From Lophium mytilinum (taxonomy: Eukaryota): a stretch of 64,000 nucleotides of DNA. Under the pieces are notes generated by a model. That model did no database searches, was not told the origin of the DNA, and was given only the letters and a program-made list of their open reading frames with translations. Position 1 is the stretch's first letter; each line of letters opens with the position of its first letter. Positions 37,201 through 49,627 of this stretch are shown in pieces. Position numbers and translations under genes: made by a program. The stretch is from NCBI GenBank assembly GCA_010093605.1, contig MU004182.1, forward strand, positions 1,707,032 to 1,771,031, written 5' to 3'.

Positions 37201-37686
37201 AAACTCTTTCAGATGCACAGTTGATAGAGGTATGCCAGTGTCGCCTTACCACCTACTATATTTGGAGATCACGTGACAGTGCCAAGATCTGGCGACCTCC
37301 GAGCTTCTTACTTATTAGGATCTTTCTCAAATCAACAACATCACCTATGAATTGGGAACCTTGATTCGTTTGTATCATCATGTAAGTAAACTTCTTCTGT
37401 AACCCTTGACAAGGATGCTCTGGATGAGGAACATATCAATAAAGACTCAGCCGGACTTCCTTATCAATTGGAAATTTGCGTATCATCTTTTTCCTTTTGC
37501 TCTCATCCTTTCGTTAAAGGGGCCGACCTCCTTGGGAGCTATTGCAGCATCTATCTTTGCACTTCATGTGCTCGTATTTCTTATTTTATTACATGTGATC
37601 TGTGCCTCAATGAAGCTATCTCACAACGAAATCTCCTTCTTGTCCTACTGCAGAACACCCAGCTAACTCGACCATGTGACATTAGC

Positions 37687-39235
37687 ATGGTCGCCCTTGA
37701 ACCTGTCCTAAAGAAGGCATATTGGACTTTAGCCAGTCTTGGAGGTGTATACGCAATTTTCATCATCGCCCTACTCAATCCATGGATACAGCACCAGTAT
37801 GTCCAACATCGACGTCATCATACTATAGACTGTACTGAATCTCGCGTCAGTGCGCTTTACGCGCATAAGATCCATAGCGGCTTCTGGCACGACCTCAACA
37901 AGCCAGAATCATTTGGATTTGCAAGTACGATCACCATCTCGATCACTTCTTCAAGGATAGGCAGACGCTGATCAGAACCAGGAAACCAAGTTACCCCTTT
38001 CAACCTGTCTACGCCCGACGGAGAGACTTTGTACTGCTGGCACATCTTGCCGGTGGATGCGTATGCTGCCCATGAACGAGAGATCGCCAGAGCACCAGCC
38101 GGCCCATCAGACGACTTCAGCACCACTATTGGCTACAAGCTCCTCCGAGCAGACCCAGAGAGCCATATCGTCATCAACTGTATGTCACTCTACCAAGATC
38201 CCACTTACTCATCAGCAAGCTAACCCGGCTCTCTCAGTCCACGGAGTAAGCCTCCCCCATCCAACTCTAAACCCCTTTTCCACCCCAACTAACCGCCCAC
38301 CCCAGAACGCCGGCCACCTCGCCCAAGGCTGGCGCACCTCAACCTACAGCTCCCTCGCCTCCCTTCCACACACACACACCCTCGCCTGCGACTACCGCGG
38401 CTTCGGTTTCTCCACGGGTCGCCCCTCCGAGCCCGGCATCCTCACAGACGGCATCGCCCTCACGCACTACGCTCTCACCTCCCTCGCGCACCCAGCCTCC
38501 CGCACCGTCCTCCTCGGCCAATCCCTAGGCACGTCCGTCGCCGCCGGCGTAGCGCTGCACTTCTCCGCCCCCTCCACCCTCGACCTCCCCCTTTCCATCA
38601 CCCGGCCAGCGGAAGCCCTCCCACCCCAGTCTTTCGCCGGCATCGTGTTGGTAGCTACTTTCCCGTCGCTGCCGGAGCTGCTAACGTCGTATCGTATCCG
38701 CGGCGTGGTGCCTGTCCTCGCGCCCCTCCGGCCTTACCCGAAGATCGGGAAGTTCGTGGAGAAGTGGATTGTCGATACGTGGCCGACTGCTGCGCGGCTG
38801 ACGGCGCTAGTGGCGGCGGCGAAGGAGGGGAAGTTGGGGCTGAGGCTGTCGGTCTTGCATGCGCGGGATGATCCGGATATAGATTGGAAGCTTGGCGAGA
38901 AGGTGTTTGAGGCGATGCAGAAGGAGATGCTGAGGGATGGGCAGGTGGCGCAGGTGGAGGAGCGGCGGAGTGTGGTAGGGGTGGAGCGGGTGAGTAGGGG
39001 CGCGTTTGTGTATCGGGCGGTGGAGGATGTGGTGGTGGGTGTGGCTGATGAGGAGGGGGCGGAAGGGAAGAGGGGGCGGTTTGTGGAGTTGGAGGTTGTG
39101 AGGTATGGAGGTGAGTTGGTCGCGAGTACATCTCTTTTGTGTTGACCATAGCTAACCCCACTCACAGGACACAATCGCGTGGTGACCTACACTCCGGTCC
39201 TGCTCGCCGTCAAGCGAGCTTTTGCGTCTGTTTAG
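37687..39235 (+). CDS. Alpha/beta hydrolase, ABHD12/ABHD13-like, multi-exon
   Basis: N-terminal TM helix, TPDGETLYCWHILP, spliced FHGNAG, DYRGFG.STG.PSE.G, nucleophile GQSLG, HARDD, GGHN. TAG at 39233-39235. Confidence 0.88.
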
Positions 39236-39845
39236 ATGACAGGCTGAATCTGGCCCTCATCCACCGTATTGACATCGCAAGTCTGGAAATCGGCCCCTCG
39301 CTTCTTTAATTCTCCTACACTCTAAACTATCGAAGCACCCCCAACCCACCTTAGATCTTAGACTCGTGTTACCATAGACTTCGCGCCTGATACTCACCCC
39401 GTAGACAATCACATCCCAGTTCAGAGTCAACTTGCCCTGTCTTTTGACTTTGACCCAATAAAGATCCAACCCGAGGGGTCAGGCTAGCTCTCGGTTACAT
39501 CTTGAAGCATCGAAATATCCAGACGGTCCCAAGACTCAGCACTTTCCTAAGCTGCCAGGACCTGCCTCTTCTGGATCAAACAGTACAAGATTATCAAGAG
39601 TCGAGTTCGTAAGATTGCCTACAAGATACTTATACACCCATGCCCAATCCATTATTAATAACCAAAATGCCCAACCCCAGCCCTCTAAATGCAGCCCTAC
39701 AGCGCTGTCAAGTACAGAGAAAAGCCCAGATCGTCACTTTTGTACACACATTCCCTCGGGCATCGCCTATCCATCAGCATCGCTGACCCAATCCCAAATC
39801 CACAAACATAGTTTCCGACAGCCCTCGCTCTTGCTCCCACATCAT

Positions 39846-42587
39846 CTACTTATTCCTCTCCTTCTGCGCCTTCTCATACTTCGTAATCAATTCCCGCTGC
39901 AACTGCGGCGGCGCCGGGTTGTAATGGCTAAACTCCATGCTAAACTCGCCCTTGCCCTGCGTCGCCGCCCGTAGCTGCGACGAAAACCCAAACATGCTGT
40001 TCAAACTGCAATCCGCATAGAGCGTGAAATCCTCCGGGCCGATTTCCGTGTCGTTGATAACCGCGTTACGCTTGTTCAACAGCCCCACGATGTTTCCTTG
40101 AAACTCGTTGGGGGCCGTGATAGTGGTTTTCATTAGGGGTTCGAGGACTTGGGGCTTCGCGGCCAAGAAAGCCTTGCGGAAGGCTTGCTGGGTGGCCATT
40201 TTGAAGGCCATTTCGGAGGAATCGGTCATGTGCGTTGCGCCGTCGTTGATGATCATGCTGGTGCCTAGCACGCGGTGGCCGAGCATGGGGCCGTTGCGGC
40301 AAGAGAGATCAAACCCTTTCTCGCAGGCGTACAAAAACTTCTCAGAGATTGTGCCACCGACGATGCGGTCCTCGAACTTGTTTTCGGCGAGTGACTCGGA
40401 TGGCTCCATGAAGCCGACGACGCGGGCGAAGTCACCCGCGCCACCGGTTTGCTTCTTGAGCGTGTGGTCGAATTTGACGTGCTCGGTGACGGTCTCGCGA
40501 TATGCGACTTGCGGCTGGCCGGTTTCACATTCGACTTTGTACTCGCGGCGCATGCGCTCGACGTAGATGTCAAGATGGAGTTCGCCCATGCCGGAGATGA
40601 TGGTTTCCTGGCTTTCGGGGTCGACATGGACGCGGAAGGTGGGATCTTCACGCTGGAAGCGGTTCATGGCTTTGGAGAAGTTGGGGGTGTCTTTGGTGTT
40701 CTTGGGTTTGATGGAGAGAGAGATGACGGGTTCGGGGACGAACATCGAGGACTGTATATATCAGAATCCAGAGTGTCGTTCCTAGGTGGAGGAACACTTA
40801 CCATAGAGTATCCTAATTGACCGTCAGTGAAGGTATCACCAGACGCACAATCGACACCAAACACAGCGCAGATCTCTCCAGCACCAATCTCCTGGACCTC
40901 CTCCATATCATTCGAATGCATACGAACAATCTTCGGGATCTTGACCTTCTTGTCTGATCTGGCATTGAACACCATCATGCCCTTCTTCAACGTTCCTTGG
41001 TACACTCGGATATACGTCAGTTGCCCGAAATTGCTCTCTTCCAGCTTGAACGCCAATCCCACAAATGGTAGCGAGTTGTACGAGACCAGCTTCACCGGTG
41101 CCTCCTTTTGCCGTCTGTCCAAAGCCATGTTCTCGACCTCCGCGGGATTGGGTAGGTAATCGCAGACACCATCCAACATAGGTTGTACCGACTTATCAGC
41201 CAACGCAGAACCCATCATTACAGGTGAGAACTTGAGGGCGATAGTCGCGCGCCGGATAGCAGCTTTGATCTGCTCGTTGGTCGGTTCGCGTTCGTCTAGG
41301 AAAATCTCCGCAATCTCATCGTCGACATCAGCCAGCGTCTCGATAAGCTTCGCCCTCTTTTCGTTCGCCAAGTCTACTAGATCTGGAGGAATCACGTCTG
41401 TCTCTACAATCTGCTCTCCCTTGGGCCCCTCGTTGTAGATAGCCTTCATCCTGATCAGGTCGACCACTCCCAGAAACCCGTCTTCGCGGCCAATGGGCAC
41501 CTGCACTGCTGCAGCCGGTATCCTGAGCTTGTGGTTGATTTGTTCGACAGCCTTCCACGGGTTCGCGCCCATGCGGTCCATCTTGTTGATAAATGATATC
41601 CTGGGCACATTATATCTCTTCATCTGCCTATCCACTGTGATACTCTGACTCTGGACACCAGAGACAGCACAGAGAATCATAACAGCTCCGTCTAGCACCC
41701 GCAGCGCTCTCTCCACCTCAATCGTAAAGTCGATATGTCCAGGTGTATCGATCAGGTTTATATGATATTTCACATCCTCGCCATTCTCCTTCTTTATCCA
41801 GTCGCAAAACGTCGCGGCGGATTGGATGGTGATACCCTTCTCGCGCTCGAGGTCCATGCTATCCATTTTGGCCCCCACGGCGTCTTTCCCGCGGACTTCG
41901 TGGATCGAATTGATACGGCCGGTGTAGTAGAGGACGCGTTCCGTTGCTGTGGTCTTACCCGAGTCGATATGTGCCTATCAGATTAAGCCTGTCAGCCTTG
42001 CGTTCTGACATACACACAGAACAATACATGAGGCCCCCAAAGCCAACATACTTACAGTATATGGCAACTGTAAGTACTCAACAAGTTTTGAAAAATAAAG
42101 GCTCCACGTACCGCAATCCCAATATTCCTAACCTTCCTCAACCTCACCGACTCCAACGGATCCAGATTCTCCACAATCGTCGACTGCGACAGCGTAGTAG
42201 GGTCCGCAATGGCTTGATCGAGTCTATCCTATCAATTAGCAAACATCCACCAGCAAACACCTCACAATCCCACCCAACGCAAAACAACACAACCCCAGTT
42301 CCTTCTCATCCACCTCTTCACCCCCCTCTTAATTCAACACCAAAAAAAACAGAGAAAAGAACTCACACCGCCGCCGCCGCCCCACTCTGCCACCTCCTCT
42401 GCCCCATCCCCACGCTCCTCCTCCTCCACGCCTCCAAACACTCTACACCCCCTCTCGCGCCATCCTCCCCTCTCCACCTCGCCGCCGCCACGCTGCTATA
42501 CGCACTCCGCCTCGCGTTGGCCCTCACGCCACACCGCAGCGCGCTCACTGCGCCGGCCTGCGCCCGGACGAGCCCATTGACCCTCAT
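39846..42587 (-). CDS. MEF1: Mitochondrial elongation factor G1, multi-exon
   Basis: Arg-rich presequence, [70 protein letters not shown]. Confidence 0.95.
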
Positions 42588-43330
42588 CGTGTGCCCGCAA
42601 AACGAGCGAGCGACCGATAAACCCAGTCACTGCGTAAGAGAGCAAGAGAAGAGAATAAACCGCGGGTTGCGAGTTCGTTGATGGGACGACGAGAGACGGC
42701 TCGCGATTCGAAAAAAGTTTAGGGCACGGCCTCGGGGGTCCGGAGATTTCGCGGGGTGCACGTGACCTTAGAAGAGAGAGCACTCGAAGGGGCGGTACTA
42801 ACGCATTGGCTTCATTTCTCACTGAACTCAATTCATCAGGCTTCAATCACGGGGTATGTCAGGGTTTGATACACTAAAGCTATTTTTCAATGTCAGTGGA
42901 TGATACTCGTCGACGACATCCCACTAGCACAAGTACCGAATACAACATGTCGCAGGTACACCCCAGTAATCCAACCAAGACGGCTCAACCACTCAGCCCA
43001 AGATCTGTATTAAGCACTCTACAAGGCTACGTAGAATACACGGATGAGCTTAGTGCAAACAATTTTTGAGAGAAAAAGACCCATCCAAACTGCGCTTCCG
43101 TGTCCGCAAACAATACCGTACGACAACCACCCACCCCTTTAGCACCGGCCTCTAACGAAGGAAGAGGTTTCCATGGTAGAGTGTGAGAAAGAACAATAGA
43201 CTCGGCTCCTGCAATGCTGGGCAATCCACTCCGGGGCTCAGAACGCTTGGAATACAGGAGGAAAATAGTGATGGAGGGGAGACGTGGGTTGCGAGAATGG
43301 TCCCAAAAGGGGGCGACGGGGATGGCGCGT

Positions 43331-45640
43331 TTAGCGAATGGTCTGGCCTTCGAAGTTGGGGGTCTGCAGTATATCAGCTGGTGCAGCTTCGGTCTGATCG
43401 AGTGGTGTGGATTCGCGATCGGGCTCTTCGTGGCCAGCGGTTGTGTCTGCATCGTCGACGTGAGCGGGTTCAGCCGGCACGGCTTCATCCTCATGGTGGT
43501 CGTTGTCTCCATTAGTCGAGACCGCATCCTTGGCTTTGGCGGCACCCTCTGCCAGCTTCCTCTTTCCCTTGGCCGCCAGACCCTCATGTCCCGTCTTGGG
43601 CTTGACATGAGCCGCAGTCTTTCGGGGCGGAGAATTGACCTTCTCGTGGGTCTTGCTAGCAGAACTGGCAGTTGGCCTCATCATCCTAGCCAAGAATCCC
43701 TCATCAGGCCCCTTCAGTGACTGCCTGGAGTCCGGACGCTTTGCGGGCTGTGCAGGAAGAGACACCCGCGATGTCTGCTTTCGCACGGCGGCAACAGGCT
43801 TTGGTGCAGCGCGAGAGTTAGTCGAAGGCCGGCGGGTGAGATTCTGAGGCGCCGATCCGTCATCGACCTTGGCTGCGAATGATGCGGTCGGAGCAGTCAA
43901 ATGAGATGGCAGTTTGAGTGGACGGGTTGGCGACTTCGGTCGTGGCTTCTTGAACGGAGGCGTAGACGCTGTCGTGTCCTTGACGGGAGCTTTAGGCTTG
44001 CTCGCTGCCGGAGCAGTAGCAGTAGCTGTCGATGTGCGTTTCGGCTGGGCGGCTGGTGCCTTCGCCTTTGAAGCCGCAGGAGCTGCTTGCTTCGGTGTGA
44101 TAGGCGTCCTCGGAGCCTTGGACACCGCTGGCGACTTTGGTAGCGCGTTGCTTTGGGAGGCAGTGGCCTTGGTGGTATCCTTGGTGGATATCGTAGGAGG
44201 TTTGGTGGCTGAGGCCTTAGCTGGAGCCTTTCCTGAAGCAGGAGCATGGCTGGAGGCGCCATTGACCTTAGCCTTTGGATGTGTTACACCAGCCGATGAT
44301 GCTACGGGTGCCTTCGGCTTGGGCTCCTCTGAGATAGTTTCTGTTGGCTTGGGTTCCTCAGTGGGTGCCACAGCGGATGCCTCAGCGGGGGCTTCGGCGG
44401 GTACCTCAACGGGCTCGGTGGGTGCCTCAGCGGGTGCCTCGCCAAGTGCTTCAGCAGGTGCTTCAGCAGGTGTCTCAACGTGCTCAGCGGATGCCTCAAC
44501 GGGCTCAGCGGGTGCTTCAACGGGCTCAGCGGGTGCTTCAACGGGCTCAGCGGGTGCCTCAACGGGTTCGGCGGGGGCATCAACGGGTTCGGCGGGGGGA
44601 TCAACGGGTTCGGCGGCGGCATCAACGGGTTCGGCGGGTGCCTCAACGGTTGCTTCGATGGGTGCTTCAATGGGTATTTCAGCGGGTGCCTCAGTAGTCG
44701 CTTCGGCGGGTACTTCAGCAGGCGCCTCAGTGGGTGCCTTAGCGGGTGCTACAGCGGGTGCCGGGGGTGGTGGCGGCATCTCACTGCTCGAAGCCGCCGC
44801 TTGATCCTTGACCTCTGTAGGGACCTTCTCTGGGGCTTTCGCTTCCTCGACCGCTGGTGCAGTCTTCTCTGGAACTGCCTTGGAAGCCTCCTTGACTGGC
44901 ACCTCCTTGACTGCCTTGGGAGCCTCCTTGGCTGGCACCTCCTTGACTCTCTTCAACTTCGCTGGTGCTTTCTTGACAGGTGCCTCTTTAGCTGGCGCCA
45001 GGGGCTCCACAGCCTTCTCAACGGGCTTCAATTCCGCCATGAGATCTGCCGCCTTGCCCTTCTGTTGTGTGCCTTCTGCCTCCGGGAAATCAGACCCCTT
45101 CATTATTGATCCCAAATTGACCATGTCGCTAGGTGACGTCTGTTCTCGTATTTCTGTTGCCGGTCTCGATGAAGGTCTGCTCTCGATAGCTTGCTCTGGG
45201 ATGGTCTCTTCTATCTCCAAGCTCTTCTTGCGATCCTCCTTTTCTAGGCTAACCGTCTTCTTGAGCTCTAGCACTGTTTCTGCCTGGTCGTTACCAAGGC
45301 TGAAACTCTGGCGTCGATGCGCCGTGGGACTATTGATGCCGTCTGGCGTGCCCTTTACAGCACCAAGCTCCTTCGATGGGGAGAAGAACCCGGGAGACGC
45401 AAGTCCTGGAGACCCAAGGCCAGGAGACGCAAGCCCGCCACCGATACTCGGCTCGACAGAGACGAAGCTGGCGCGTATCTTAGACCGCGGACGGCCTTCG
45501 AGGTCGGTGTCGCTGGCGAGGCTGGAGGCAGCGGGAGAGCGTCCGCGGGGTTCAGGGGAGGAGGGCGCGGCGTGTTGGTTCTCGAACATAGCCCGGAGGT
45601 TGCGAACACCTCCGTTACTGCTGGTGCGATTCGAGGACAT
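43331..45640 (-). CDS. Disordered Pro/Ala/Glu/Lys-rich protein (mucin-like or MAP-like), 769 aa
   Basis: Long ATG-initiated ORF. Conserved-looking N-terminus VRNLRAMFE..RASFVSVE, acidic PAEPVEA repeats, basic C-half with PTAS motifs. Confidence 0.85.
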   Translation of the reverse strand: MSSNRTSSNGGVRNLRAMFENQHAAPSSPEPRGRSPAASSLASDTDLEGRPRSKIRASFVSVEPSIGGGLASPGLGSPGLASPGFFSPSKELGAVKGTPDGINSPTAHRRQSFSLGNDQAETVLELKKTVSLEKEDRKKSLEIEETIPEQAIESRPSSRPATEIREQTSPSDMVNLGSIMKGSDFPEAEGTQQKGKAADLMAELKPVEKAVEPLAPAKEAPVKKAPAKLKRVKEVPAKEAPKAVKEVPVKEASKAVPEKTAPAVEEAKAPEKVPTEVKDQAAASSSEMPPPPPAPAVAPAKAPTEAPAEVPAEATTEAPAEIPIEAPIEATVEAPAEPVDAAAEPVDPPAEPVDAPAEPVEAPAEPVEAPAEPVEAPAEPVEASAEHVETPAEAPAEALGEAPAEAPTEPVEVPAEAPAEASAVAPTEEPKPTETISEEPKPKAPVASSAGVTHPKAKVNGASSHAPASGKAPAKASATKPPTISTKDTTKATASQSNALPKSPAVSKAPRTPITPKQAAPAASKAKAPAAQPKRTSTATATAPAASKPKAPVKDTTASTPPFKKPRPKSPTRPLKLPSHLTAPTASFAAKVDDGSAPQNLTRRPSTNSRAAPKPVAAVRKQTSRVSLPAQPAKRPDSRQSLKGPDEGFLARMMRPTASSASKTHEKVNSPPRKTAAHVKPKTGHEGLAAKGKRKLAEGAAKAKDAVSTNGDNDHHEDEAVPAEPAHVDDADTTAGHEEPDRESTPLDQTEAAPADILQTPNFEGQTIR
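44370..44760. repeat. Coding minisatellite, 21-nt unit encoding (P)AEPVEA(P), plus 12-nt PAEA variants
   Basis: TCAACGGGCTCAGCGGGTGC(C/T) and variants repeated in tandem at about 44480-44650. Confidence 0.9.
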
Positions 45641-46668
45641 GGCTGTAGGGCGGACGCAAGGGGAGGATGTCAGTGGATGGTCTTCAACAAAAAGCTATTG
45701 GGGAGTTCCCGATGTTGAGGTCGGTCGGGTGTACGTGGAATGCTGGTCGAAATTGTGACCGGGATCAGACGAGTTGCCTGAAACGCGGTTGCGGTTTGAT
45801 GTTTACGGGCGGGGGGAGGGGAGAGGCTGCGGGAGGGAGGTATCAACAAAACAACTTACAACGATGGTGAATACAGGGCGGTACGTGTGTTCCCGAGACG
45901 GGCCTTGGGGTCTGCAGCGGTGTGGTGCGTGGGCGAGGACTGAAGTGCTGGCTGAAGTCGGTGAAAGGAGATGCGGTGGCCTTGCTGAAGGTCCGTCCGG
46001 GATGCGCTCCTTGCCAAGAACAATTCCCGATGGCAACGCACTGCAAAACACCCCAGCGATGGCGCGGAAGTCGGTAGTTATAGGCACGAAGAGCGAGAAC
46101 GAAGCTGCGTTCAATTGAGTGTTGTTGCTGCCGCCATTGGAGTCTGCGAGACTTGCCGGGCGAATATTGAATGCACTCCGATAGCCAATCAGGGGCCTCA
46201 GCACATCAATCACTTCCAAGGTTCGCATGCGGATAGGCTCCCGAAGTCAATCTGGTAATTTGACGTCTCCAGCCGCTCGGAAACGACTAGCGTAGAGCTT
46301 CATCGTAGCTGTTCTCGAAGGGAGGAGCCGATGAAGTATATGTATGCATGATATCTAATATTGACTTATATCAAACCAATTGCATTCAGAGAGTCCTTCA
46401 TAATAGAGATCGATCCCGTCTTGGAAACTGTAAACGCCTTTCCCGAGTCAGGGACGTATCCACCGCTCCCATATAAGGGTCCCACGGTCAAAAGGCGCCA
46501 GTGTCTCGAAAGCACTTTGAGGGAGCCGATTGCAGCTTCTCTTAGCAAACGTCGAATGACCAGATGATCTCTGTGCTGAGGAGCTCTACCGCGGCCCGCG
46601 TAGGCTCCTGTGAGATTGCGTTTGGCTGCTCGCTGGCTTGACCATAACTTATTCGTCCTGACCTTCCA

Positions 46669-47852
46669 TCAGGTGCAGTCTCCAACTATGCAATCCACCT
46701 CCACAATATCGATCTCCCTCCAATATTCGGCGCACGAGTGCTCTTTCCAGATATGATCAATTAGTGCTGGTATGCTCTCACAAACTGTATCCAAGGGCTG
46801 CTCGCGCGTGCAGAGCACACACGCAAAATTGCCGCTCTCTCGGTGTGACTTCACCACAAGGCGATTCGTTACGCGGAACGCCCAGTCCACCTTCATGCCC
46901 GTATCGTCTTCCTTGACTAATTCCCAAGCCCGTCCAGGCCTCGTGTTGACTATAGTGCTGCAGTACGGGCAGCGTCCATCTCCCCCTTCTCGGTAATTGT
47001 CCGCCAAGGGCTGATCAATATGCTCCTGGAGGTCCAGCGAGTACAAGCAGTATAGGCCATGCGGCGCTGAGCGAGTAGTGATTGATGTTGGACCTGTGTT
47101 TGTAGTGACCATGGAATCGCGAGAGTCGTTTCGAGGTCGGCCGCGGATTGTGAGGGTTTTATGGGCTTGCGCCGTAGGTGGTAGCGGCACTGCAGGTAGG
47201 ACAGGTGCTTCAGTGAGCATTCGTTGATATTGCTGCGCGAGAGCTTCTATAGATCCTGTCCTGGCAGCTCGTGCGGTGTCGAGGAGTCGAGCAAGGTGGT
47301 GGGATATGGGATTGTGGGCCGGGCCGTACACGAGAGCGCTTTCTTGGAAGATGGTGATAATCGTCTTCTGCAATACGATTGCTTGGGCTTGCAGCTGGTT
47401 TTGCGCAATGACTAGAGGTGTAGAATTAGCAGGTAATGACTACTTTCAGTAGAGGCAGAATTCTCACTATCCCCTACAGCAAACTTGTGCCTCAGGTGAT
47501 GATAACCACGCTCATATTCCCGTTCTATGAGCGACCGCGAAGTGTCTATAGACTCCTCATCGCTGTCGTAGTTGTAGTCTCGGTCTTTTCGATGTCTTCG
47601 GCTTCTGCTTCTGCTACGGCGCGAAACACGAGAGGAGTCCTCGTCGCCGCTGTCATGTCGAGACCAGATGCCATGCTTCTCTTTCAACTCCTCCACATCT
47701 CCCTTAACCTCCTCTTGCTTCTTCTTAAGCTTCCGATACAGATCGCTTGTAGACCCAAACGTGTCCGTGATCAATCGAACCAAAGACACCACAGGGACGG
47801 CCGTCTGGAGGGCGCCTTTGGCCTGGTCGGCAACCACTGAGTACTTGGTCAT
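46669..47852 (-). CDS. Fungal hypothetical protein with Cys/His-rich (possible Zn-binding) C-terminus, 2 exons
   Basis: Exon1 LITDTFGSTSDLYRKLKKK..FAVGD spliced (intron about 47412-47467) to IIAQNQLQAQAIVLQ. CPYC, KSH, FACVLC and HIWKEH motifs. Confidence 0.8.
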
Positions 47853-48399
47853 AGCTATGATATTAGAAGGCGCGATGTACTGACTGAGTTGACATGGTCC
47901 ATGTTAGTGAAGCTAAGTGTTCGCAGTAGTGAGTGAGGAAATATAAAGCTTGTGCTAGGCAAACAGGTGGTATTTGGCTCAGCAATCACTCCACCAGGCA
48001 GACGTTTGATTTGCTTCCTGCATGAGCGCAGTCCCAAGCACCCGCTACTGCATGTTCTAGAATGACTGAACCTGCATTAATGTGTGTTGTTCCTGTGAGA
48101 TCGATTGGTGGCAGGCATGGCTGTGCCCTGAGCTGAGAGGCACAGTGCCTGGAACAGTTGTCGGGCGTCCATATCAGATGGTTGAGTCAAAAGTAAGACG
48201 TCGGATTCAGCCTTGTTCTGGGGCAGTAAAAGCCAAAGAGCGTTCGTATTCCCAGCCACGAGATCCGGTGTAGGTCTTGAGTGCATGTGAGCTGAGGTGT
48301 GAAGGGGCAAGGTGCGTGGCTGAGTCCAAGTCTGCCGACTTCAACACTAAACCGTACCTTACCGCGCTAAGCCCGTACGCGAGCACGATGCTGTGATGA

Positions 48400-48880
48400 T
48401 GTGGGAATAATTATCAAGTATAAAATGATTTCAAACCTAATTACCTTTACTAGCCATGTTGTAAGAAACGTATGTTGTAAAGAAATAATTTTTTTGGCCG
48501 AACATCCTTTTAGCCGAAAATTACTTTTCCCTGCGAACATTATTTTGCTCTTGAATATTATTTTTTCATTGCTTATATAAGCGTGTAAAATACACAAATA
48601 CAAAGTCTTAATATAAGGGTACCCACATTGCGCCACCTAGGTGGGCCAGCCCAGGCAACTAATATGGGATAAGCCGGCCTAGGGTAAACTTTCTAAAACA
48701 AGCATTATTAAGAAAGATTTAGCCTTATAGCGTTAGTGTGGCAAAAGATGTACTACTACCGAGGGAGCAAAAGAGGGGTACCCCGGGTGCCTGAAAGATA
48801 CCTGGTTCCAAACATGGTTTTGCCGCCAGAACATAATTTTTAGCCGAACATTACCTTTTAGCAGAACATTTGTTTGTTGC
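48400..48880. repeat. AT-rich block with imperfect TTTTAGCCGAACATT tandem units; possible degraded repeat or transposon relic
   Basis: Abrupt AT enrichment. Unit clusters at about 48490-48550 and 48820-48875. Confidence 0.5.
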
Positions 48881-49627
48881 AAAATGCCTGCGAAATCTGA
48901 ACTAAATGAATACTATGGCAGATATGAATTAACATCGGTCTTAAACATCATCTCCTTAAAACAGGCTTAGGCTACAATAGCCCACAAAAGATACTTACCA
49001 AGATCATCTCAGCATTATGCTAGCATGCTGCTCGCGGCACAATCATTACAATACGATGCTCGGGTATAGGCTTGGCGCGGTAAGGTATCTAGCACATTCC
49101 GCAACGGGGACAGCATTTCCCAAACAGACTTGAATGTTGATTGTTGGCGGCTTAAGGCCTTGATAAGAAGAGTAAGGATACATATGTTTTGCTTTTGCTC
49201 CTACTATCCTCATTGTTCCACGAAATAAACCTCCTGTGCCAACTTCAATCAGCAGCGTCCCAGAGTTTCTTCTTTACTTACCGTGTAAAGTATACCACAT
49301 ATGAAAGGGCGAAGTACAAGAACGTCATGTCGCATTCGGAGCACAAACAATTTTCCGACCGACACCAGAAGAGCACGCGGTCACGTTATACTAGGACACG
49401 AGAGCATGCCATAGGCTACTAGCGGATCATTGGTGTGCGACATGGTTCTACAGACGCATATGATATATCCATTGATAATAGACGCGCCAACTCCATGCAG
49501 TATGGAGAAGTGCAAGCGTAGAAAACGCCTTGGGAAGAAAGCAAGAAAGCACCAGATAATCCCCTAATATAAGCCCCATCTCTATTAGCAAATAACCTCC
49601 AACTCCAAAGCGCAAGCTCAGCCCTAC

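Noticed and set aside
34300..37600. Many short ORFs between the Sec7 and ABHD12-like genes
   Set aside because: No motifs or codon bias; consistent with a divergent promoter/UTR region.
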